From assembly GCA_043228905.1 (NCBI GenBank), contig JBHGNT010000009.1, positions 15,810,001 to 15,874,000 of the forward strand: a DNA stretch of 64,000 nucleotides. The letters run 5' to 3'. The translations under genes and the position numbers were made by a program. Every line of letters begins with the position of its first letter. Positions within the stretch are counted from its first letter, which is position 1. The notes under the pieces were generated by a model that did not search any database, was not told the DNA's origin, and worked only from the letters and a program-made list of their open reading frames with translations. The DNA comes from Azolla caroliniana (lineage: Eukaryota; Plantae; Polypodiophyta). Below, piece by piece: positions 14,901 to 27,012 of the stretch.

Positions 14901-17900
14901 GAGTTAGTACATTCAGATGTATGTCAGATGCCAAGGCTATCATTAGGGGGAAAGAAATACTTAGTCACTTTTGTCGATGATGCTACACGGAAGGTATGGG
15001 TTTACTCTATTCGTAGCAAGGATGAAGTGCTCGACAAGTTTCGAACATTTTTGGCATTAGTTGAGAATCAAATTGATAAGACACTTAAGTGTCTTCGCTC
15101 TAACAATGGTGGGGAATATGTGTCCAAGGCCTTTCAAGCATTTTGTGACAGCAAAGGGATAAAGAGGGAATTCACTGCCCCTTATAATCCACCCCAAAAT
15201 GGAGTTGCAGAGCGTATGAATCGGACCATTCAAGATAACGTTCGTACTATGCTGTCTCATGCTGCGTTACCCCATGGTTTTTGGGCAGCGGCTGTTATGA
15301 CAGCTGTTCACTTGATTAATCAGTCACCTAACAGGTCTTTGGGAGGGGGAATACCCCAAGAAGCATGGCCGGGCAAGCCACCTTCATATGCTCACTTGAG
15401 AGTGTTTGGCTGTGAGGCTTTTGTGCACATTCGTAAAGAAGAACGCAACAAACTTGAGCCAAAGTCCTGCAAATGTATTTTCCTAGGATACGGTGACGAG
15501 GGTGAAATGGGGTATAGATTGTGGGATCCCGAGAAAAGAAAAATAGTACGCAGCAATGATGTTATCTTCTGGGAAAATCGCATGCATAAACAACCCGAAA
15601 AGACCGAGGAAGTACGGAGGGTTGTATTCCGAGAAGAAATACCCTTTAGACAGAAAAGTGTGCCCGCTGTACAGCAGCAAACACCTGCTGTAAACTTACC
15701 TGCAAATGCAGAAAATGAGGTTGGAAATGATCAGCCAGCCTTTGCCAATAATGTTGAGCCACCAAATGTGCAGGAACGGCTAGAACAGCAAGCTGTTAAT
15801 GCTGATTCACAGGCTGAAATGCCTGGACAACAAGTTGAAAATGATGATTTGCAGGCTCAACAGCTACCAAACAATGAGTGTTGGGTTAGGAGATCGTCTA
15901 GAGTTACTAGAAAGCCTGACAGATTTGTTCCTGATGCAAACAGTGTGGCTGATTATGTCATGGTAACTGATTGTGGCGAACCGACTTGCTTCAAGAAAGC
16001 AATGGACAGACAGGACAATAAGAAATGGTATAAAGCCATGTTGTCAGAGATGGAATCTTTTGAGAAAAATGACACTTGGGATTTGGTGCAGTTTCCTAAA
16101 GGGCAGAAAACACTTCCATGCAAATGGGTTTACAAAATGAAGGTCATTTCTGATTCCTCACCAAAGAACAAAGCAAGATTGGTTGCAAAAGGATACCAGC
16201 AGGAATATGGTGTTGATTTTGATGAGTTCTCGCCTGTAGTCAAGATGACTACATTAAGAATCATTTTGGGCTTAGTTGCAGCTGAAGATATGGAGCTCAT
16301 ACAGATGGATGTGAAGACCGCCTTTTTACATGGCGATCTGCGTGAAGACATATATATGCAGCAGCCTGAAGGTTTTGTGGTTAAAGGCAAAGAGAAGATG
16401 GTTTGTAAGCTCAAAAGGAGTTTGTATGGGTTGAAACAAGCACCAAGAGAATGGTATCATAAATTTGATGCATTTATGCAATCTCAAGGTTTTCGTAGAA
16501 GTCAAGTGGACCACTGCTTGTACACCAAGAAGGCAAGAGATGGCAGCCTGATTGTCTTGGTTTTGTATGTTGATGATATATTGATTGCTAGCAAGGATAT
16601 TCATGCCTTGGATTCATTGAAGCAAAGCCGTCATGGCAGAGCATATGAAGGATCTTGGTGATGCAAATCACATCCTTGGCATGCGAATACTCCGAAACCG
16701 GTCGAAAGGGGTACTCTTTCTATCTCAGCAGGAGTATATCTCTAAGGTTTTGCAGCGTTTCAATATGGAGGGGGGGAAAACAATTGGGGTTCCATTACCT
16801 CCATATTTGAAACTCAATGCAGAAGACAGCCCTACATCTGATGATGAGAAGGCTGAAATGGCTAAGGTTCCGTATGCTTCAGCCGTTGGCAGTTTGATAT
16901 ATGCGATGGTTGCTGCACGCCCTGATATTGCCTTTGCAGTGAGAGTGGTTAGTAGGTACATGGCAAACCCCGACAAAAAGCATTGGGAAGCGGAGAAAGG
17001 TATTATGAGATACCTCAAAGGCACAAAGGACTTGGGCATTTGCTTTGGAAAGCAAAAGGCATATGTTGTTGGTTTTACGGATGCGGACCATGCTGGTCAC
17101 GCAGACTGCAGGAAGTCTACTTCTGGGTATGTGTTTACTTTCACAGGAGGAGCGGTCTATTGGATCTCCAGACTACAAAAGTGTGTTGCATTGTCTACTA
17201 CAGAGGCAGAGTTTGTTGCTGCCACTGAGGCATGCAAAGAGGCTTTATGGCTTTCATATCTAGTGAGAGATCTTGGCATTACAGAGTTACCTATTCTTCA
17301 TTGTGACAGCCAAAGTGCTATCATGCTAGCTCGGAATCCTGTCTTTCACGCAAAGACAAAGCACATAGAGGTGAAGTATCACTTCATCAGAGATGTACTT
17401 GACAGCAAGAACATTGAGCTTGTCAAAGTACATACAAATAATAATCCTGCAGATCTTCTCACGAAGAGTCTTTCAGCTGAGCGATTTGCTCATTGCCGAT
17501 AGATGATGGGAGTTGGATAGATGTATGTAGTTCAGCTTTCTACATACTTGGACTTAGCTGACTTTCTTTTTTTTCCTTCTCACGGCACATTGCCTTTAGG
17601 TGGGAGGTTGTTGGGAATAAAGGGCCATCGTGCCTTTTATTAGTGCACGAGTGTGAACACACCCATAGCACACTTTTGACTTGTATATACATAATATCTA
17701 AAAACCAAAAAAGAGGTACACTCTTTGTACCCAAGACAACGTGCATCTCTCTCTCTCCCTTTGTCTCTCACTCAAACTCTCTCCCTCTCTGTTTTTGACC
17801 TAAACCCTAATCCTCGTGTTGCCTTCAATTGACATATTCGCATTCGTGGGGGTTACCAAACGAATGCATATGAATACGCATATGAATGCATGAAAAAATA

Positions 17901-20900
17901 ATCGTTAAAAAAAAAGAAAAAAAGAGTTCATACTTTTTAGTTTCTTATATATATCATATAACCAAGAGGACTTTGACAATAAAAAGGAGATATTTAACTT
18001 CACATTAAAAAGGAGACTTACACTAATAATATTTTATATAATAAATGTAAAACTTAAAAGTATTTGTTTTATTTTTAATAAATAATAAAATAATAATAAA
18101 TAAAAGGTTCATTAATTCCCCAGTGTTTATTCTCCCACAAAATTTGGTATTTTTATTTTTCATTAAAAAGGGGACCTCACTCTAATAATATTTTTATAAT
18201 AGATATAAAACCTAAATGTATTTGTTTCATTTTTCAATAAATAAATAAAAATATGTAAATAAATAAAAGGTTCCCACCAAATTTGATATTTTTATCTGAC
18301 ATTAATAAGGGAACTTTACACTAATAATATTTTTATAATAGATGTAAAACTTAAAAGTATTTGTTTTATTTTTAATAAATAATATATAAAAGGTTCATTA
18401 ATTCTCCACTTTTTACTCTCCCACCAAATTTGATATTTTTATCTGACATTAATAAGGGGACTTTACACTAATAGTATTTTTATAATAGATGTAAAACTTA
18501 AAAGTATTTGTTTTATTTTTACTAAATAATAAATAAAAGGTCCATTAATTCTCCACTTTTTACTCTCCCACCAAATTTGATATTTTTATCTGACATTAAT
18601 AAGGGGACCTCACACTAATATAATTTTTATATAATAGATGTAAAAATATTTGTTTTTTTTTAAATAATAAATAAATAAACAAATGGTTTTGTAATATTCT
18701 TGGGGTCATTTTGTATTCTCGAATATTACGAATATTACGGATGTCGAATACCACGAATATCACGCATGGGTCAATCTATGCATACAAGGATGACGTATGT
18801 TTATCGGTAAGTGACTCTACAGATGCTTAGTATTTTGATAGCAATGCAAAAATTTCTTTGTCACACTTGAAGATGTTTGTCATAAGGCGGGCACCGTTAC
18901 TTCTTCCCATAATGCTTCTTACATCATACAAGGCATTGGTCAAGTTCATATTATAGCTGTCAATGGGGATGTAGTCACCTTGAACAATGTTCTCTATGTC
19001 CCTGGCATAAAGAAAACCTTATTTCTGTTTCTGCCATTGCTATGCATGGATACCCTATCCATTTTCTCTATGACAAATGCACAGTACATGATCTTACAAA
19101 GAAGGGCGATATCATTGTCATAACAGGTAGTTTGTTCAACAACCTTTACAAGCTTGACATATATCAGAAATTTGATGACCAAAATGCATTAGCGGTGGAT
19201 GCCCAAACACAAAGCAATTCTGAACTATGGCATGCTCGGTTCTGCCATTTAAATTTCAGCCGCCTTGCACGGCTTACCAAGCATGATATGATATGCAATC
19301 TTCCTTCCATTTATGTACCATCTAATCATGTTTGTGAAGGCTGTATTCTAGGAAAGATGCACAAGTTTTCATTTCCAAAAGATGCTGATGTTTTGGCAAC
19401 ACACAAGCTTCAACTTGTACATAGTGATGTATGTGGCCCAATGAGAACACCATCAATTCGAGGTTATCTTTATTTTCTTACATTCATTGATGATGCTACC
19501 CGACACACTTGGGTATATCCTTTGAAGGAGAAATCTAATGACTTTTCATGCTTCAAAGAATTCTTACACCTTGCTGAAAATTTTAGTGGTCACAAACTCA
19601 TTACTCTTCGCACCGATAGAGGGGGTGAGTACATGTCTCAAGAGTTCAATGCTTTCTTGAAGGACAGAGGAATTATCCATCAATGCACCACTCCATACAC
19701 ATCACAACAAAATGGTTTGGCTAAGAGAAAGAATAGATCTTTCATGGAGATGGCAAGATGCATGCTCAATGGTAAGAAGCTACCTCATAAGTTTTGGCTA
19801 GAAGTTGTAATGTGTGTAAACTATGTTTTGAATAGATGCCCCACAAAAGCAATAACAACTATCACTCCGTGTGAGGCTTGGACTAGTCACAAGCCAAATG
19901 TTGGACATGAGAATATTTGGAAGCTTGGCTTATGCATTTGTGCCACCACAGCAATGCCATAAGCTTCAAGACAAAGCAACAAAATGCATCTTTGTTGGCT
20001 ACCGCAAAGAAAGCAAAGGTTATCAATTGTTTCAGCCCACTACTGGTAAGATCATCATCAGATGGGATGTGATATTTGCTGAAAATGCAGCTCAACCACT
20101 TGTGGATTGCTCCAAAAGCCTGTTCGTGATCAACCAAATGCATTTGATACTTTATTACCATTGCTCCAAAATGTTGTGTTTGAAGGTGATCGATTAACCC
20201 AACCTCATGGAGGTAATGTGCAGGTTTTGCATCAGCAACAACATGCTCCAAACAACAATGTAGAGCAGCCAAGCAATGCTCAAATTGATCTCTTGCAACA
20301 GCCCAATGTGGTTGAAAATGAGCAACCAAACATTGTTGATAATTACAGGTCATTAACCCACATGATCTTGACATGGAATTGGAGGAAGAACAAGCCTCTT
20401 CTCAGCAAGCAAGAACAGTTCCTAAATTGCTGATTAACACCTTATGGACAGCAAACTCAAGTTTCCTCTTCAAGATAAAACCCAGTCAACTAATCAGCAA
20501 GCTGAACTGCATTATGTGCATCATGCTCTTATCACTGAAATTTGTGATGAGGAACCACTCTCTTAAGGATGCATTAGCACATGACCATTGGGTTGAAGCC
20601 ATGAAATCAGAACTTGGGTCCTTCTACAAGAACAACACTTGGGAGTTATGTGATCTACCTAAACATAGAGTGGATTTACAAAGTCAAGCGTAATGCGGAT
20701 GGAAGCATTGATCGTTTTAAAGCAAGACTTGTGGCAAAAGGCTGTTCCCAAAAAGAGGGGATAGACTATGAAGAAACCTTCGCCCCCACTTCAAAGATGA
20801 CTACAATCAGAGCTACAATTGCTGCAGCAGCAATTAAGGGATGGAAAGTTCACCAATTAGACATTAAACCCGCCTTCTTAAATGGAGATTTAGAAGAAGA

Positions 20901-23900
20901 GTTTTATGTGGCTCAACCTCTAGGTTTTGACATTAAAGGTGCAAAAACTAAAGTTTGCAGGTTACTTAAAGCTTTGCACGACTTGAAGCAAGCACCTCGA
21001 GCGTGGAAGGCAAAGATCCATGCTCATCTTCTTCAACTCAGTTTTGTAAACAGCCCAACTGAAAGCAATCTCTATGTCCGAAAGGATGGAGAGAAATTAC
21101 TAATTGTTGTGCTTTATGTTGATGATTTGCTAATCATAGGACCTAATGTGCAAGAAATTGCAGATTTCAAAGCTGATCTTAGTAAGACATTTAAACTTAC
21201 AGATCATGGTCATCTCCATTACTACCTCAGCATTCAATTTATTACTGTTGAGGGGGGCATTTTTCTCAGTCAACAAAAGTACATGGAGAAGCTCCTACAA
21301 TGATTCAGGTTATGAAGACTGCAAGCCAATCTCCACTCCTGTAGAAGCAGGATTCAAATTCTCATACCAAGACAAAGGACAACCAACTGATGCACTCTTA
21401 TACCAGCAACCTGTAGGTTGTTTGATATTTTTGTGCAACACGTGACCTGACATTCAATATGTTGTTTCGCAATTAAGCAGGTTTATGCACAGCCCTGGAA
21501 CAAAGCATTGGCAAGCAGCCAAGCAAGTTTTCCCTGACCTCAAAGGCACTATGGATTTCAGCCTCTTCTATGGAGAAGGAAGTTCATCTATTTTAACAGC
21601 CTTCACTGATAGTGATTGAGCTGGCTGCTATGACACTCGTGTCTCACATAGTGGAAATTGTCTCATGATCGGCAATTCCTGTGTTTCCTGGCTCAGCAAG
21701 AAGCAGCCAACAGTGGCAACATCAAGTTGTGAAGCTGAATATAGAACAGCATTCAGCGCCACAATAGAGTGTGTTTGGCTCAAGAGATTATTGTCCAATT
21801 TGTCACTTGAGCAACCATCTCCTACATGTATATTTACAGATAGTCAAAGTGCCTTGGCTATTGCAAGAAATCCCATCTTCCATGCACGAACAAAACACAT
21901 TGAGGTGCACTATCATTATGTGAGGGAGCAGTTCCATGCTAAAGAGATAAACTTGGTCTATGCACCAACTCATGAAAATGTTGCAAACATTTTCACCAAG
22001 CCTCTATCACGAGAAAAGTTTGAATATTTTTGCAAGGAATTGGGCATTCTTCCAACACCTAGATAGTGACCACATTCAAGTCCACACCATTCATTTCAAG
22101 GGGGTTTGTTACACTTAAAGTGTATCCTATGAAAGCTTTGGTGTGAACATTGTTATAATAGTGTGAACCTAATTAAGTAACTGTTGGGTGTGAACATACT
22201 TAGAATAGTATGAACCTAGTTAAGTAGTTGTTAGGTGTGTATATAGTTATAATAGTGTTAACCTAATAAAGTGATTGTAGAAACTGGTTATATAAACCAT
22301 TCTACATCTTTGTAATCAAAGCTCGTTTGCCAATTGTGTCATCAAGGAGTGGAATTCAAAGAACACTATGTTTGTCACTGTAGTGTCTTTTATGAAATCA
22401 AAGGGAGATACCGTTGCCTCTTTAAACAAGGCTTTGGCCCCCTACGCAAGGTAATGGAATATGAGGACCAACGGTGCCTAGAATTTTTCTTGCTAGAGCT
22501 CAAGAGACATTGGGAAAAGTTGTTGAAGGATATAGCCACACAAGCTCATCCACAAAGAACAATCACAACTTTCTTTAGCCCCATCACTCTTGCTAATGCT
22601 ATAAGTCAATCAAGGGATACACAAATGGGCTCCTGACCAAGACATAACAAAGGGGTTACAATTGATTGGGCAATAGCAATTTGTCGTGCACGTAGACCCT
22701 AGCACCATGGACCACAACCTCAACACCCTTGTCATCGACAAATAAAAGCCATTATCTCCCGCCATTGCAAGTGCTTCCCTCGCTTTGGAGACCTTTCCAT
22801 TCTGGATCGACCTATGCTAGAGATCTTTCGAAGACAAAAGTTACAATTCATCTAACTTGAGAGACTCACATGTGCCGAAATCCAGTTTCCCTCGTCTCTT
22901 TTTATCTTATTTACTTTTATATTTACGGAGTAATATTTATTTTATTTTGATTTGTTGATTTGTTGTTCTCAAAGACGAGAAACATTTAAGATGTAATCTC
23001 TTGTTTGGTCTTATAGGCCATTTTGGCCTCATAAAAGACGTTAATATATCTTTCTTTCTTTCTTGGGTTTCAACACTCTTATGCTGACAACAATCTTTAT
23101 GTCTTTTCCTAAGATAAATTGTTATGCTTGATCATATTATGTGTTGACAACCTTCTAATTACAAGGTCCCTTGCTTCTAAAATCGAGGAGCTTCGCACTG
23201 ACCTCAAAATCACATTCAAAATGACTAATCTAGGACTTCTCCATTACTTCATAGGTATGGAGGCCTATCAGTCACAGGGTGGTATCTTCCTCAGCCAACA
23301 TAAGTATCTCAAGCAGCTCCTTGAGACCTATAGCATGTCAAATTGCAGGCCACTCTCCTGTCCAATGGATCCAAACTCAAAGCTATCTCATGAAGACGAT
23401 TCTCCCATTTGAAGATATCACGAAATATAGAAGGTTAATTGGGTCTCTTTTTCACTTAACTTACACTAGGCATGATTTGTCCTATAGTGAGTATTCTCAA
23501 CCAATTCTCAAGTGCTCCAAGACAAAGTCATTGGCAAGCAACTATTTGAGTTCTTAGGTATTTGGCCAACACACTCAACTATGGTCTCTCTTTTAGAGGC
23601 AGCATTGAGCTTGTTGGCTACTCGAGTGATATTGATTCTAGAAGGTCCACATCTGGCTATTGTTTTATGTTAAGTTCAAGCTTGATTTCTTGGAAATCAA
23701 AGAAGCAAAACTCAGTTTCTACTTCATCGACGGAGCTAAATATCAAGCCTACTTGGATACTTGCTATGAGTTGCTATGAGTTGCTATGGTTAATGCAATT
23801 ATTTTGTCACATTGGTGTTTTGCAAGAGTCCTATTGCAGTTTTCACTAACAGCCAAAGTGCCCGTGCCTTGGCACATAGCTTAGCATTTCATGGTAGAAC

Positions 23901-26900
23901 AAAACATATTGAAATGTACTACCATTTTGTTCGTGAATTAGTGAAATCACAAGTCATCAACTTGGCATATTGTCCTACTCAAGAAAATGTGGTTGATTTA
24001 TTTACTAAGCCACTTCCAAGGCAAGCCATTGATCAGCTCCTCGGTCAACTCAATGTTGGACCGTCATTTTGGAGCTAGGAGGAGGTGTTGGAGGGTGGCA
24101 GCTCAAGACCTACACTCTCTTTCATCTTTATTATCTCTCTTCTACATTCTCTCTCTTCTTAGATTCTTCTCTCTCTAGAATCTACAACTCTTTAAATGCC
24201 TTCTCTCTCTAGAATTTGCAACGCTTTAAATGCCTTCTCTCTTCCACTTTTTCCAAGATATTCCCTTTTATTCCTAGTTTATTGTACTTGTTTGGTAGTA
24301 CAAGAGTCACTTTACCACACAACCATTTCACCCACGTTCCCCAATTTTGTATAAATAGGCTTACCATCCTCTTTTGTAAAGATATATTTGTTGCTACTTG
24401 TGAACAAGCTCTACTCTTTGGCTGTGTCTACTCTTTGCAACCATTTTTGCTATTGTTGTCTAACAGCCTTCTCACAGCTTGGTTGTGTCTATTTTGTTCT
24501 AACAACTATTGCGTTGCTTCTATTAACAGCTTTTCTCACAAGATGGCGCATTGGGGCAAAAGTGATGAGAGTGGTCGACTATGCATACTTTGCCCTAAAC
24601 AAGTTAGAGAGTCTAAGTATCGCACTTTGATACAATACTCTACCTTTGATCATATTCAAACATGCTTTAGACACAACTTTGACCAAACTCAATCCTTGCA
24701 CGAATTTCTCTCGCAACCACAATGTGCACTCTCGATTGCAATATTCATTGGTAAAGTTCTTGAACATTGAGAGTCACTACTCAATTTCACATGTATTACA
24801 TGAAATGTAATATTCTTGGTCTCATAGGTCATATTCAACCTCCGCAGAAGATAATAGAATCTATCTATCCCTCTCTCTGAATGTAACTTCTTTTGGTCTA
24901 GCCTATCATTTTCGCCTATTAAAGGCATCAATATAATATTTCATTTCATTTCTGTGCATGGTATTAATTCCAGGATATTTCTGGATAGCATGTATTAATT
25001 CCAATGGACACATGTAGTACACGTCATTTCTCTCATATGGTCTTTACGAGAAGGTAATAAAATATTTCTCCCCTTTCAGCTTTTGAAGGTAGTGTAATAT
25101 TGTCACATAGACTTGTTTATAAAAGAAATAATAGAATTCTTTCATTTCACAAAATAAGTCTACTCACCTCTTGAACCTCCTCAGTAGAAAGTTGACGATG
25201 CTCCATATTGCCAGCACTACTCATGCCCCTATTATATTTTAGAATCTGAGCGGCTAATATAGAAGTTATGCCGGTTACATCTAGAGCAAGGGATGTTAAC
25301 CATGGCTTCCAAGATCTTGACCCATAATGCCTAACCAACAGCACGTACAATAAGGGTCTTAGGATAAACACCCATTCCCCAGTAACTGATAACTGTTCTG
25401 GCAGGTCCCAACTTCCATTACAGCAAGATACAGGAACACCTAATGTTCAACAAGATGAGAGTTTCCACAATACATAAGAATGCAGTCATCTTTAATCTAA
25501 TATATTAAATGAAAAATCCCAATTAATTGCTGCATATCCTCATAATGGACCATATTCATATACCTTCCTGATGGACATAGGTATAATTCACATTGATACA
25601 TTAATCACATCTTCATAAAAGTTAAAATAACTAAATCAGTTGGTACAGCATTGACTTCTGAATGTGTAGACCAGAAAATCTCCTCCATTTAAAGCTTTAA
25701 CACTAATTGAGTACTTACATGGAATAGTAGGTCCACTTGCAGAACTTGACACACTTTGACGGCGGTAAGCCCACGATGGTTTTGTGTTGATGCCGATGTT
25801 TTCCCTGAACTTCGACATAGCTAGAGTTGCCTTTGTCTCTAAATCTCCTGCAGATGACCTCATATTTGACTGCCTTTTATCTATCATAGTCCCCCAAAAG
25901 TTTGATCCTGATTGAGCTTGAGTTCCACTTTCTTTACATATGGTTTCCCCCCCATCTAGAAGCATACGATATCCATTTCGATGCAAGATCAGAAACCGTA
26001 AAGAAGCTCTGTGAGACCATCCAATAAGTGAGCTCCAAAGTCATCCATGAAATGTCAACTTCTTTAAAAGTTTTAATAAAACAATTGTAGGCTTCCAGGT
26101 AGATACCTTACTTTATAGCTTCCACAGCTGCTAATATGCTCCACTTCTTTTCCCGACCTCTGTAATGTTCTGCAACTACTTCAATCAAGACCTCAAGTTG
26201 TTTTACAGCTGATAAGGACGCTGCTAGTGGAAGGCAGCACTGCTCAGGTTCTCTTGTTGTGCCTTGTCTAGGAACTTGTGGTGTAGTGTCAATAATAAAC
26301 TGGTTCAATGTTGTTATGAGGCCCAAAAGAGAAGCAACTGGGAATAACAATAATATCATTGTGAGAATGTACTGCTTTTTATTATTGACAAGTCAAATTA
26401 AAACACTTAGATAGGTTCACATACCAGCTTCAGTACCAATCTCAGAGTTCGAAAATCGGTCAGGTAAAAACCAGGTCACAGTCTGCACATGCATTTAATA
26501 TACAATATAAAACTAACACAATTGGAATTTTCTTTTCTTCTTTATTCAAACAGTTACGACCTTTATTATTTGAACTTAATACTATTTATTAAAAATATAA
26601 CCTGATGTGACTACTTGTTCCTCTCCTTCAGACTGTTTTTCATCCCATGCATCATTTTCCTCATGGGTTTAGGAGTTCACAGTTGTCGCATACCCTTGAG
26701 ACATATTCCATACTATTAACGAAATTCTCCTCATAGCTTGAGATTTTTAGATGATGAGAGAATTTAGATTGCATATGTTTGATATCGATACAATGTCATT
26801 CTTGAGTAGCAAGAAGATGAACCATCAGCCAAGAAGTGGAATGAAATGCTCATCCAAGAATCAGCTAGACATAAAGGTGCTCTAACTAGGATATGCCATA

Positions 26901-26971
26901 TATCATCAGTGCAATTGTGTGGGGTATGTAATATATGCACACACATAACCTTAGTAGGAATCAAACATAAT

Positions 26972-27012
<41 letters not shown>

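Noticed and set aside
24216-24770. 184-aa hydrophobic ORF
   Set aside because: It straddles the Copia E LTR and T-rich intron sequence; a compositional artefact.
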